DNA from: Armatimonadota bacterium
GTDB lineage: Bacteria > Armatimonadota > UBA5829
NCBI GenBank assembly: GCA_029907315.1
Contig: JARYME010000004.1
Coordinates: 1 to 60,315 of the forward strand
DNA length: 60,315 nucleotides
Reading direction: 5' to 3'
The position numbers and the translations under genes are program-made. Position 1 is the stretch's first letter. Each line of letters starts with the position of its first letter. This document shows positions 37,491 to 49,280 of the stretch, one piece after another. The notes beneath the pieces are model-generated. The model made no database searches, was not told where the DNA came from, and saw only the letters and a program-made list of their open reading frames with translations.

Positions 37491-39953
37491 ATGCATCGCA
37501 ATAGTTTTGCTCGGCCGATTCTGGCGAAGCTGCTGACAATCGGCGCCGCAGCGGCGCTTTTGTTACTTGTTGCTCCAGCAGCTTTCGCCGGCGAGGCGAT
37601 CGAGCTGCCGGATTTCAATGAGCTCGATATCATGTGGCCCGCAATAGGCATAGTGTTCGCGTGTGCTGTCCTTGCACTTCTGTTCGGAGGTGCTTGGTTC
37701 CGAGCGATCATGAAGGAAGACCCTGGATCGCGCGGTATGCAAGCAGTCTCTGCTGCTGTGCAGGAAGGTGCTTGGGCCTACCTGAAGCGGCAGATGAAGA
37801 CGATGATTTGGTTTGTTATCATAATCGCCATCGGCCTTTATTTCCTCTACAAGCCGCTGCCTGAGTTTGGAAGCAAGGACATCAGGTTCAACGCTATCCC
37901 AGTCTACGCCGGCGTGTCGATAGCTTTCGTGTTGGGTGTAGCTGCCTCGTACATCGCCGGACTCGTCGGTATGATGATGGCGGTTCGAGCCAACGTGAGG
38001 GTCGCCAACGCCGCGCTGTCTAGTTTTCGGAAGGCTCTGTATGTCGCGTTCCGTGCAGGCGGCGTTTCAGGAATGGCTACCGTCGGACTTGGCTTGCTGG
38101 GCGCGTGTCTGGTCTTCTTCCTGTTTGGCAAGGAATCAATGAAGGTTCTCGTGGGCTTCGGATTCGGAGGTTGTCTTGCAGCGCTCTTTATGAGAATTGG
38201 CGGTGGCATCTATACCAAAGCTGCAGACGTGGGCGCCGACCTGGTTGGAAAGATCGAAAAGAATATACCTGAAGACGACCCCCGCAATGCGGCCACTATT
38301 GCCGATAACGTAGGCGACAACGTCGGAGACTGCGCGGGTATGGCAGCTGACGTATTCGAAAGCTATGAGGTTACATTGGTCGCTGCCATCATTCTCGGCG
38401 CAGCAGCAGCAGCGGCCGTAGGCGGCGGAGCTGCCGTCCTTGCACTGGTCGTTTATCCCCTTTTGATGAGAGCAGTTGGTGTTATCGCCTCTATCATAGG
38501 CGTGTATTCGGTTAAGGGCAGGGACGATATAGACATGGACCCGATGAAGCCTATCAACATCGGGTTCTGGGTGTCGGCTATCTTTGCAATCCTCGGCTTC
38601 TACCTAGTTTCGTACTACATATTCGCACTTAGGGTTCCAGTAGCCGGCTTTGAATGGTGGCGATTTGCAACTGCAAATCTTGTAGGTATCGTCTTGGCGC
38701 TTGTGATCGGTCGTCTGACGGAGTACTTCACTTCGACGCAGTACAAACCGGTGCAGGAAACTGCTAAGGCTGCCAAAACCGGTCCCGCGACCGTTATTTT
38801 GACCGGGTTCGCCTCCGGGCTCGAATCCAGTGTATGGGCGATAGTAGCGATTTGTCTAACTATCCTCGCTGCTATGCTGCTGTTCAAAGGTGATCCTGCT
38901 CTGGCTGCGTATGGTATTGCGTTGTCAGGACTTGGGCTCCTGTCTACGACGGGCTTCATGCTGGCGATGGATACCTACGGTCCTATCTCGGATAACGCCA
39001 ATGGCATATTCGAGATGTCAGGGGCATTGAAGGACGCGGGCGAAGATTCGAACGCCCACAAGATAGTTGCGAAGCTTGATGCTGTCGGCAACACGACTAA
39101 AGCCTTGACAAAGGGGCTGGCTATCGCTACTGCGGTCATTGCCGCCACCGCGTTATTCAGGTCGTTCATGGCAGACGCAAACCTGCTGGAAGTCGGTCTT
39201 CGAATAGACTGGACCCAGGTCTTTATAGGGCTGCTGATCGGCGGCGCCGTGCCGTTCCTATTCTGCTCGTTTGCGATCAATGCAGTCAGCCGAGCTGCAT
39301 TCCAGTTGGTGGAAGAAGTTCGGCGACAGTTCCGCGAGATAGTCGGCATAATGGACTATGATCCCCGCTCCGGATCGGACAAAGGCAAGCCCGACTATCA
39401 GCGATGCGTCGAGATCTCAACTGCCGCCGCCCAGAAAGAGCTTTTGTCTCCGGCTGTGCTCGCTGTGAGTGCACCGATTCTTGTTGGTTTTGGTTTGGGA
39501 TACGGAGACCCTGTGAAGGGCGCAGCTGCGCTTGGCGGATTCCTGGCTGGTGCTATCCTATCGGGACAACTTATGGCAGTTCTCTTGGCCAACACCGGTG
39601 GGCTCTGGGACAACGCGAAGAAGACTATTGAAGCTGGAATGTTCGGCGGCAAAGGAACGGACGAGCACAAAGCCGGGGTAGTGGGCGATACGGTCGGCGA
39701 CCCGTTCAAGGATACAGCCGGTCCTGCTTTGAACCCGCTTATCAAAGTTATGAACCTCGTGGCTATTCTGGTTGCACCCATTGCGATTCAGCCGATCGCG
39801 AACACAGCCAGAACGGCAGTCGTCATCGTGGCGATTCTTGCTCTCGCTGGCGCAACACTTTGGTCGAAGCGAGGAGGCTTGGAAGCCGAAACGGGCGATT
39901 CTTCCGGAAGTTCCAGCAAGGCACAGGCGGAAAAAGAACCGTCAGCAGTGTAA
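37491..39953 (+). CDS. hppA: Membrane-bound proton-translocating pyrophosphatase, K+-independent type
   Basis: DNVGDNVGDCAGMAADVFESY and GDTVGDPFKDTAGPALN motifs. GNTTKA has its Lys codon at 39099-39101. The ATG at 37491 follows GGAGGAGGA. Has an N-terminal signal-like extra helix. Confidence 0.9.
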   Translation: MHRNSFARPILAKLLTIGAAAALLLLVAPAAFAGEAIELPDFNELDIMWPAIGIVFACAVLALLFGGAWFRAIMKEDPGSRGMQAVSAAVQEGAWAYLKRQMKTMIWFVIIIAIGLYFLYKPLPEFGSKDIRFNAIPVYAGVSIAFVLGVAASYIAGLVGMMMAVRANVRVANAALSSFRKALYVAFRAGGVSGMATVGLGLLGACLVFFLFGKESMKVLVGFGFGGCLAALFMRIGGGIYTKAADVGADLVGKIEKNIPEDDPRNAATIADNVGDNVGDCAGMAADVFESYEVTLVAAIILGAAAAAAVGGGAAVLALVVYPLLMRAVGVIASIIGVYSVKGRDDIDMDPMKPINIGFWVSAIFAILGFYLVSYYIFALRVPVAGFEWWRFATANLVGIVLALVIGRLTEYFTSTQYKPVQETAKAAKTGPATVILTGFASGLESSVWAIVAICLTILAAMLLFKGDPALAAYGIALSGLGLLSTTGFMLAMDTYGPISDNANGIFEMSGALKDAGEDSNAHKIVAKLDAVGNTTKALTKGLAIATAVIAATALFRSFMADANLLEVGLRIDWTQVFIGLLIGGAVPFLFCSFAINAVSRAAFQLVEEVRRQFREIVGIMDYDPRSGSDKGKPDYQRCVEISTAAAQKELLSPAVLAVSAPILVGFGLGYGDPVKGAAALGGFLAGAILSGQLMAVLLANTGGLWDNAKKTIEAGMFGGKGTDEHKAGVVGDTVGDPFKDTAGPALNPLIKVMNLVAILVAPIAIQPIANTARTAVVIVAILALAGATLWSKRGGLEAETGDSSGSSSKAQAEKEPSAV

Positions 39954-39976
39954 GGTCAGGCTGCTTTGCGTATGCG

Positions 39977-40022
39977 CTCGGCCCTATGAGTCACACTTGG
40001 CCCATAGGGCCGAGTTGTTTTA
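39977..40022 (+). terminator. Rho-independent terminator after hppA
   Basis: 12-bp perfect stem (ctcggccctatg / catagggccgag), 14-nt loop, followed by TTGTTTTA. Confidence 0.75.
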
Positions 40023-40153
40023 CGGTTGCTGTGCATCAGAATTCTGCGGCGTACGAGGAAAAGAAGCAACAACCGGCGCCAGAGGCTAGGGCGCGGTTGC
40101 ACGAGGTCATAAGTCTGGCATCATCTAAAACCAAGTAAGTGTTCTCCTCGAAA

Positions 40154-40182
40154 TTGACTGTGTGAAGAGCGGGTGATATCAT
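40154..40182 (+). promoter_or_regulatory. Sigma-70-type promoter (TTGACT-17-TATCAT) for the radical-SAM/RNase G operon
   Basis: Read directly as ttgact gtgtgaagagcgggtga tatcat, about 85 nt upstream of the ATG at 40266. Confidence 0.6.
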
Positions 40183-40265
40183 GCCGCCGGAGGCAGCAAA
40201 CTGTTATTGAGATCCACTTTTTGCCTCACAGTGGTTGCACCATCCAGTGTCGTAGGCATCATAGC

Positions 40266-42833
40266 ATGGCGTCGACGTACGATTACCCCAACATTCGTGA
40301 CCGGCTTGACGAGATATTACCTCGCGTCACCAAACCTGCAAGGTATATCGGCGGCGAACTTAACTCGGTCGTCAAACCGAAAGAACACGTTAGAGTCAGG
40401 GTTGCACTGGCTTTCCCCGACACCTACGAAGTTGGAATGTCCAACTTGGGACTTAGGATTCTTTACCATGTCCTCAACACCGTCGACGACGTCTTTGCAG
40501 AACGCGTGTTTGCACCAGCAGCAGATATGCGAGACGAGATGCGACGTGGTAGCATCCCCTTGTTCTCCTTGGAAACCGCTTCGCCGCTAAAACAGTTTGA
40601 CATCGTTGGCTTTTCGCTGGCTTATGAGCTAACCTACACGACCGTTCTGGAAATGCTTGATCTGGCTAGAATCCCTTTGCGTTCGAACGAACGCGACGAG
40701 TCAGACCCGATCATTATCGCAGGCGGACACTGCACTTCCAATCCCGAACCGATGGCCGAATTCGTTGATGCATTTGTCATAGGCGACGGAGAGGAAGTTG
40801 CGTTGGAGATAATGGAAGCCGTCAAGCATCACAAAGGTAATAGATACGCCACCCTCCGCGCACTTTCTGAAATCCGAGGTGTTTACGTGCCCAGCCTTGG
40901 CATGAGGACTAGAGTTTGTGCCCGTCGGTTGGCTGATCTGGAACAGGCTCCATACCCGACAGCGCTGGTGGTTCCTCACACCGAAATCGTACACGACAGA
41001 GCGAATGTCGAAATAATGCGAGGATGCACAAGAGGCTGTCGGTTCTGTCAAGCAGGAATGATCACCCGACCCGTCCGAGAAAGAACGCTTGACACACTGG
41101 TGCGACAAGCTGCCGAAATTGTTGCGAACACCGGCTACGACGAAATAGCGCTGACGTCCCTATCCAGCGCCGATTATTCTCGCATAGAAGAGCTGGTGAA
41201 GATTCTTATAGATAAGTTCGAACCGCGCAAAGTCGGCGTCTCGCTGCCAAGCCTTCGCGCCGACGCGGAATGCGTCCGACTAGCCAGTGAAATACAGCGA
41301 GTTAGGAAAAGCGGGCTGACGTTTGCACCGGAAGCAGGTACTCAGCGTCTTAGAAACGTTATCAACAAGAACGTAACTGAAGAAGACCTTCTAGCTGCAG
41401 TGAGCGCCGCCGTAGATGCCGGTTGGAGGCGAGTGAAGCTGTACTTTATGATAGGGTTACCTACGGAAACGGAAGAAGATATCGCAGGTATAGCCGATCT
41501 TGTGAACAAGGTGTTGAACGTCGGCAAAAGCCGCGGTAGTCCGTTGACAATCTCGTTGACCATCTCGCCATTCGTGCCGAAACCTCACACGCCATTTCAA
41601 TGGCGCGGCATGGCCGAGATTGAGGAACTCGAACACAGAATATCAATTCTCAGAAGACTTATCCGAAGCAAAAATGTGACTTTGAACTGGCACGACCCTG
41701 CAGCAAGCCGAGTAGAAGCCGCACTCGCACGGGGAGATCGCACCGTGGGCAAGGCAGTATATGAATCGTGGGCGCTCGGTGGCTACCTTGAACAAGACAA
41801 CTTCGACGCGAGCCGCTGGCAGGAAGCTTTCGATGCCGCAGGGTTAAGTGTTGACTATTACGCCCATCGCTTGATTCCATATGACGAGCCGCTGCCGTGG
41901 GATCACATAGACGTTGGTGTTTCGAAGGGTTTTCTAATAGCCGAAGACAGGAAAGCGTCACAGGGAGAAACGACTCTCGACTGTCGTTGGCACGGCTGCG
42001 TTGGCTGTGGACTAAAATGCCCAGCACCAACAGTCAAGCAGCCTCCGGAACAGAAACGCGAGTTACAGCTTTCAACATTGCAGGCGGAAACTCAGAGAGC
42101 CGAGGCACCGTCAGCGGCAACTGACAACATTTGGGATGCTGTGTGCGTGTTCGAGAAGCGAGAACAAGCGAAATGGCTGGGACACTTGGACGTGGCCAGA
42201 GCGTTCGAAAGAGCAGTTCGTATGTCCGAGCTAGATGTGGAATACAGTCAGGGCTTCAACCCTCGACCACGCATATCGTTTCCGTCGGCTCTACCATTAG
42301 GAGCAACGGGCGAGGCAGAAATAGTCATTATTCGCCTGAGAACAAAGATCTCGCCGCGGTTTGTAACGGAATTAATTAACAGTCATCTTCCCTCCGGCAT
42401 AAGGATCGTATCCACAACCGTCAAGAAAGGCGGCCATAAGGTGCCTCCTGTCAGCGCATCAGAGTACCTGGTCACTATCGACATGCCGACAGGCGCGACG
42501 ACTGAGGATGCAAGGAGAGCAACAGAGCAACTCCTAGCGCAGTCACGAATTGACTACGCAAGAGAGTCCGGCGGTAAGCGGCGAACAATAGATCTGAGAT
42601 CCGGGATAGAAAGTCTCGCTGTCCTTCCAGACAGTCGATCCAACGTCGCTGTGCTGCAAATGGTCCTTCCGCAGCGCGAATTTGCCGTAAAACCGTCGGA
42701 AGTGGTGCAAGCACTGTCTAGCTTTCTGTCAGGAATAAGAATTCGTTCGATCCACAGAAAACGACTCATAATAACCGAGCACGGTAATTATGCGAGGAAA
42801 GATTCTAGGTCACCCAACTCTTATCAACAATAA
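40266..42833 (+). CDS. Uncharacterised B12-binding-type radical SAM protein (TIGR03960-like) fused to a radical-SAM-linked DUF2344 domain (TIGR03936-like)
   Basis: N-terminus MASTYDYPN...KPARYIGGELN. CxxxCxxC as MRGCTRGCRFCQAG. The C-terminal ~230 aa (KWLGHLDVARAFERAVRMSELDVEYSQGFNPRPRISF) matches the linked-protein family. Lies immediately upstream of rng. Confidence 0.8.
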   Translation: MASTYDYPNIRDRLDEILPRVTKPARYIGGELNSVVKPKEHVRVRVALAFPDTYEVGMSNLGLRILYHVLNTVDDVFAERVFAPAADMRDEMRRGSIPLFSLETASPLKQFDIVGFSLAYELTYTTVLEMLDLARIPLRSNERDESDPIIIAGGHCTSNPEPMAEFVDAFVIGDGEEVALEIMEAVKHHKGNRYATLRALSEIRGVYVPSLGMRTRVCARRLADLEQAPYPTALVVPHTEIVHDRANVEIMRGCTRGCRFCQAGMITRPVRERTLDTLVRQAAEIVANTGYDEIALTSLSSADYSRIEELVKILIDKFEPRKVGVSLPSLRADAECVRLASEIQRVRKSGLTFAPEAGTQRLRNVINKNVTEEDLLAAVSAAVDAGWRRVKLYFMIGLPTETEEDIAGIADLVNKVLNVGKSRGSPLTISLTISPFVPKPHTPFQWRGMAEIEELEHRISILRRLIRSKNVTLNWHDPAASRVEAALARGDRTVGKAVYESWALGGYLEQDNFDASRWQEAFDAAGLSVDYYAHRLIPYDEPLPWDHIDVGVSKGFLIAEDRKASQGETTLDCRWHGCVGCGLKCPAPTVKQPPEQKRELQLSTLQAETQRAEAPSAATDNIWDAVCVFEKREQAKWLGHLDVARAFERAVRMSELDVEYSQGFNPRPRISFPSALPLGATGEAEIVIIRLRTKISPRFVTELINSHLPSGIRIVSTTVKKGGHKVPPVSASEYLVTIDMPTGATTEDARRATEQLLAQSRIDYARESGGKRRTIDLRSGIESLAVLPDSRSNVAVLQMVLPQREFAVKPSEVVQALSSFLSGIRIRSIHRKRLIITEHGNYARKDSRSPNSYQQ

Positions 42834-42909
42834 GGAAACGTGGTCGTGCGTCGGCAGCAAACTATGGACAATGCTCGGAAACCTTGAACAAGAAAGGAGG
42901 TGATAGTAG

Positions 42910-44625
42910 GTGTCAAAAGAAATCCTGGTCAACGTCGACAGCCGAGAAACCCGTGTGGCGATTATCGAGTCCGGGAAGCTGGTCGAGCTGGCGGTAGAAC
43001 GCGAAGAGCGTGTTGTTGGCAGCATATATAAATGCAAGGTGGTCAACGTGCTCGCAGGGATGGACGCAGCCTTTGTGAATATCGGACTGGAGCGAAATGC
43101 GTTCCTGTATGTAGGAGACGTGCTGCCTGATACGGATGAGGAATTTCCCGCGGTACGAAAAGAATTCGGGCGGCACATGAGCATTAAAGATGTGCTGAAG
43201 CCAGGCCAGGAACTGCTTGTCCAGGTTGTAAAGGGTCCCCGCGGGACGAAAGGTGCCCGTGTGTCGACGAGGATAGCCCTGCCGGGTCGCTACTTGGTCT
43301 TGATGCCTGACGCCGATCACGTGGGAGTTTCACGCAAAATCGAGATTGACAGTGAGCGGGAAAGACTGCGGAAACTCGCCGAGATGATGAAGCCGCCCGG
43401 ATTCGGTCTAATTGTGCGCACCGAAGCAGAAAGCAGAAGCGAGGCAGAGCTGCGCAAAGATCTGGACTTCCTGATGCGGATGTGGAACCAGATTCAGGAG
43501 AAAGCAGCCAAGATTTCGGCGCCTGGGCTGGTGCATCAGGACTTGAGCCTGGTATACAAGACCATCCGAGACTCATTCAGTTCGGACGTGAGTAAGATGA
43601 TCATCGACTCTCCAGTTGAGTACGAGAAGGCGCTCGAGTTGGTAGAGCTGCTCTCTCCAAAAATGAAATCACGGCTTCATTTGTACGATGAGCCGGAACC
43701 TATATTTGAACGATACGGCGTAGAGCAAGAAATCGAGGATTTGCTGCGGCGCACTGTTTGGTTGAAATCCGGAGGACACGTAACTTTCGATCTCACGGAG
43801 GCGCTTACAGCAGTAGATGTCAATACAGGTAAGTTCGTGGGAACTACAAGCCTCTCGGACACAATTCTGCGAACCAACTTGGAAGCCGTCGTTGAAATCG
43901 CCAGGCAGTTGAGATTGAGGGACATTGGCGGGATCATCGTCATCGACTTCATCGACATGTCCTCAGCCAGAGACCGGCAGAAGGTAGTCAGTGCTCTCGA
44001 AAAAGAGTTGCAAAAGGACCGCACACGAACCAAAATTTGCCACATCAGCCCTCTTGGCTTGGTTGAAATGACCCGAAAGCGCACAGGCGAGACCCTTGTG
44101 GAGATTATGACCGAGCCGTGTCCCTACTGCCAAGGCAGGGGACGCGTAGAAAGTGCGCAGACGGTGAGTCTGAAGATTGAAAGGGAGCTCAGGCGACTTG
44201 CAATAGAATCGGACGATGAGGCTTTTCTCGTCAATGCTCATCCGGAAGTCGCACTGCATTTGATCGGCAGCTTGGGCGAAGTAGTCGACGAAATCGAGCG
44301 CCGCATAAAACGGGCGGTATATGTGCGCGCGAACGAATCAATGCACATAGAGCAGTACGATATCATTCCCGGGGACTTGCAGGAGTTGGACCGTCACTTA
44401 CTGCCCTGGAAAAAAGGTGATGTCGTCGAGTGCCAGGTGACAACCAATGCGTTCGTGAGCTTGCCTAGAGCAAGCGCTTGGTTAGACGGCTACCTAATCG
44501 ACCTCGAAAACGGCGGAAAATACGTAGGCAAGCGAATAAAGGCAAAACTGACGGCAGTTAACCGCTCGTATGCGTGCGGTCAAGTGGTAAGCGATAAGCA
44601 TGTTGACAAGGTTATCGCTTCCTGA
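42910..44625 (+). CDS. rng: Ribonuclease G/E family endoribonuclease
   Basis: S1 domain (GSIYKCKVVNVLAGMDAAFVNIG). DNase-I-like and Zn-link regions (TAVDVNTGKF, CPYCQGRG). GTG start behind AAAGGAGGTGA. Confidence 0.85.
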   Translation: MSKEILVNVDSRETRVAIIESGKLVELAVEREERVVGSIYKCKVVNVLAGMDAAFVNIGLERNAFLYVGDVLPDTDEEFPAVRKEFGRHMSIKDVLKPGQELLVQVVKGPRGTKGARVSTRIALPGRYLVLMPDADHVGVSRKIEIDSERERLRKLAEMMKPPGFGLIVRTEAESRSEAELRKDLDFLMRMWNQIQEKAAKISAPGLVHQDLSLVYKTIRDSFSSDVSKMIIDSPVEYEKALELVELLSPKMKSRLHLYDEPEPIFERYGVEQEIEDLLRRTVWLKSGGHVTFDLTEALTAVDVNTGKFVGTTSLSDTILRTNLEAVVEIARQLRLRDIGGIIVIDFIDMSSARDRQKVVSALEKELQKDRTRTKICHISPLGLVEMTRKRTGETLVEIMTEPCPYCQGRGRVESAQTVSLKIERELRRLAIESDDEAFLVNAHPEVALHLIGSLGEVVDEIERRIKRAVYVRANESMHIEQYDIIPGDLQELDRHLLPWKKGDVVECQVTTNAFVSLPRASAWLDGYLIDLENGGKYVGKRIKAKLTAVNRSYACGQVVSDKHVDKVIAS

Positions 44626-44648
44626 TAGTATATACTGTGCACAAACGT

Positions 44649-44672
44649 GGGGCATTGGTAAGCCAATGCCCC
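44649..44672 (+). terminator. 10-bp GC-rich hairpin (ggggcattgg taag ccaatgcccc) between rng and rplU; a weak terminator or part of an L21 leader
   Basis: Perfect stem with a tetraloop. There is no clear U-run after it, so its function is ambiguous. Confidence 0.4.
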
Positions 44673-44722
44673 GCTTAATCACTTAGGATACAACAATTAG
44701 TAATCAACGCGGGGGTGTTACA

Positions 44723-45034
44723 GTGTACGCCATAATTCAGGCTGGAGGCAAGCAGTATAAAGTGACAAGTAATGACGTAATATCCGTCAATCGGCTTGCC
44801 GTACCAGAAGGAGAGGAGATTGTGCTGGACCGCGTGCTGCTGGTTGCAAAGGATGGCGGCATTCAAGTAGGCACCCCGTTCGTACCGGGAGCAAAGGTTA
44901 TAGGCCAGGTGCTTCGCCATTATAAAGGCCGCAAGATCCGTGGGTTCACGTATAAACCGAAAAAGGACGAACGCCGACGATTCGGCCACAGACAGCTTCT
45001 GACATCAATAGCAATAAAAGAAATTCAAGCATAA
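44723..45034 (+). CDS. rplU: 50S ribosomal protein L21
   Basis: (V/M)YAIIQAGGKQYKV is the canonical N-terminus. GTG start. Confidence 0.95.
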   Translation: MYAIIQAGGKQYKVTSNDVISVNRLAVPEGEEIVLDRVLLVAKDGGIQVGTPFVPGAKVIGQVLRHYKGRKIRGFTYKPKKDERRRFGHRQLLTSIAIKEIQA

Positions 45035-45112
45035 AGACAATAATGGGTATCCCTATGTTCCGTCCGCTGGCTTAAGGTGGTCGGAGCAGGTGGGTTTTGG
45101 AGGTGGATACAC

Positions 45113-45370
45113 ATGGCTCATAAGAAGGGTGTTGGCAGTACAAGGAATGGAAGAGATAGCAACCCCAAGCGCTTGGGCGTTAAAGAATTCGCCGGCCAGA
45201 TAGTGAAAGCGGGCAGTATTTTGGTGCGTCAGCGCGGAACGCCGTTTCATCCAGGACGCAACGTTGGAAGGGGCAAGGATGATACACTCTTCGCACTGAT
45301 TGACGGCGTTGTCAAGTTCGAAACCGCCGGCGGCAAGAAGTGCGTGAGTGTGTATCCTACGTCCGGTTAG
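45113..45370 (+). CDS. rpmA: 50S ribosomal protein L27
   Basis: [24 protein letters not shown] is canonical. I trimmed the track ORF to the ATG at 45113. Confidence 0.95.
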   Translation: MAHKKGVGSTRNGRDSNPKRLGVKEFAGQIVKAGSILVRQRGTPFHPGRNVGRGKDDTLFALIDGVVKFETAGGKKCVSVYPTSG

Positions 45371-45495
45371 ATTGGGGCTGCGCGTTCGAGTCTCTGCCCG
45401 TCTGGGCGCTACGATTGGAAAACTTGTGCAAGCGAGGAACTTTCCAAATCAATTTGGGGTATAGGTCGCGCTCAAACAACAGTTTCGAAGCCTGC

Positions 45496-45540
45496 GAGGA
45501 AGGAAAACGCCCAAGGGTGTTTCCTTCCTCGTTACTTTTT
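45496..45540 (+). terminator. Rho-independent terminator after rplU-rpmA
   Basis: 11-bp perfect stem (gaggaaggaaa / tttccttcctc), 13-nt loop, followed by GTTACTTTTT. Lies 125 nt past the rpmA stop and 34 nt before the serpin ORF. Confidence 0.75.
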
Positions 45541-45573
45541 GAGCATGCTGAAAGACGCTCGTAGAGAAGGCGG

Positions 45574-46812
45574 GTGACTCCAATGGTGAAATGGTCCCTG
45601 TATGCAGCCGGTGTGTTGATTATCGGCATAGCGGCTACGGCTCTTTTAACAAGCCACCAATCCATCCCACAAGAAAGCAAGGTTCCCGTGAACAAAACGC
45701 TGACCCAAGCCACTTCTGAATTCGGTTTTCGACTCCTCAAGCAGCTTGCCGAAGAAGGCAAGGAAAAAAATGTATTCATCTCGCCGGCTAGTGCCTCGAT
45801 AGCGCTTTGCATGACCTACAACGGAGCGGCTGGGGAAACGAAGCGTGCTATGAGCAGGGTACTGACGCTAAACGGATTAAGTCTCGAAGAGGTAAATAAC
45901 GGGTGCAAGAATATTCTCGAGAACATGCGAGCGCCGGGTAAAGGTGTAACCGTTCATCTCGCCAACTCGCTTTGGGCGCGTAAGGGCATCGAATTCAAGC
46001 CTAATTTTTTCGACGCGAACCGGCGGTACTACCAGGCGGAAGTCAGCGTCCTGGATTTCGCGAACCCAAAGGCACCGAAAACCATCAATAACTGGGTAAA
46101 CGCGTGCACACAGGGACGCATAAGAGATATCGTCGAGCGAATCGAACCCAATACAATACTGTTCCTCGTCAATGCCGTGTACTTCAAAGGCGCCTGGCAA
46201 GATAAATTCGACCCCAAAGATACTCATCCTGCCGAATTCTCACTGCCTGGCGGTTTCACCAAAACAGTGCGGATGATGTATCGTCACGGCAGGGTCAAGT
46301 ATCTACCCGGCGATGGATTCTCAGCCGTAAGCTTGCCATACGGCGACGGCAGATTCTGTATGTATATCTTTCTGCCGAATAAAGATTCAAGCCTATCAGA
46401 GTTCTGTAAGAAACTTAACGTTCAGAATTGGAACAAGTGGATGCAAGGATTCCACAGCGTAGAATGCGATCTCTCAATACCAAAATTCACAATCGAGTAT
46501 GAGTCTGAGCTTCGTAAAGCACTATCAGCTCTCGGAATGACTATCGCATTCGACCCGAACCGGGCCGATTTCAGCAATATGTGCCCTATTCCTCCCTTGC
46601 CTAACGTCTACATTAAGAGCGTGTTGCACAAAACATTCGTCGAGGTTAATGAGGAAGGAACGGAAGCGGCTGGCGCTACTAAAGTCGAAATGGGGCTGAC
46701 ATCAGCTGCACCGTCTATATCTTTTACAGTGGACAGGCCGTTTTTCTGCGCGATTTCGGACAGCTTCACCGGTGTTGTGCTATTCGCAGGTTTGATCTAC
46801 GAGCCTATGTAA
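45574..46812 (+). CDS. Serpin (serine protease inhibitor), N-terminally membrane-anchored or secreted
   Basis: Hinge EEGTEAAGAT, then reactive-centre loop KVEMGLTSAAPSISF, then FTVDRPFFCAI. Earlier NAVYFKGAWQDKF motif. N-terminal hydrophobic helix WSLYAAGVLIIGIAATALL. The start is GTG 45574 or ATG 45583. Confidence 0.85.
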   Translation: MTPMVKWSLYAAGVLIIGIAATALLTSHQSIPQESKVPVNKTLTQATSEFGFRLLKQLAEEGKEKNVFISPASASIALCMTYNGAAGETKRAMSRVLTLNGLSLEEVNNGCKNILENMRAPGKGVTVHLANSLWARKGIEFKPNFFDANRRYYQAEVSVLDFANPKAPKTINNWVNACTQGRIRDIVERIEPNTILFLVNAVYFKGAWQDKFDPKDTHPAEFSLPGGFTKTVRMMYRHGRVKYLPGDGFSAVSLPYGDGRFCMYIFLPNKDSSLSEFCKKLNVQNWNKWMQGFHSVECDLSIPKFTIEYESELRKALSALGMTIAFDPNRADFSNMCPIPPLPNVYIKSVLHKTFVEVNEEGTEAAGATKVEMGLTSAAPSISFTVDRPFFCAISDSFTGVVLFAGLIYEPM

Positions 46813-49249
<2,437 letters not shown>

Positions 49250-49280
49250 ATCTGAAATCGTACGACGCAGGAGCTGAGAT

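Noticed and set aside
37007-37496. ORFs 37007..37273 (+), 37240..37461 (-) and 37296..37496 (-) in the dacB-hppA intergenic region, and the N-terminal 48 codons of the hppA track ORF
   Set aside because: None has an RBS or a protein-like composition. The consensus promoter at 37350-37378 lies inside them, so the region is better explained as promoter plus leader. hppA starts at the ATG at 37491 behind GGAGGAGGA.
45357-45812. 151-aa minus-strand ORF across the rpmA-serpin gap
   Set aside because: It is antisense to the serpin N-terminus and to the rpmA terminator. It shows no features of a real protein.
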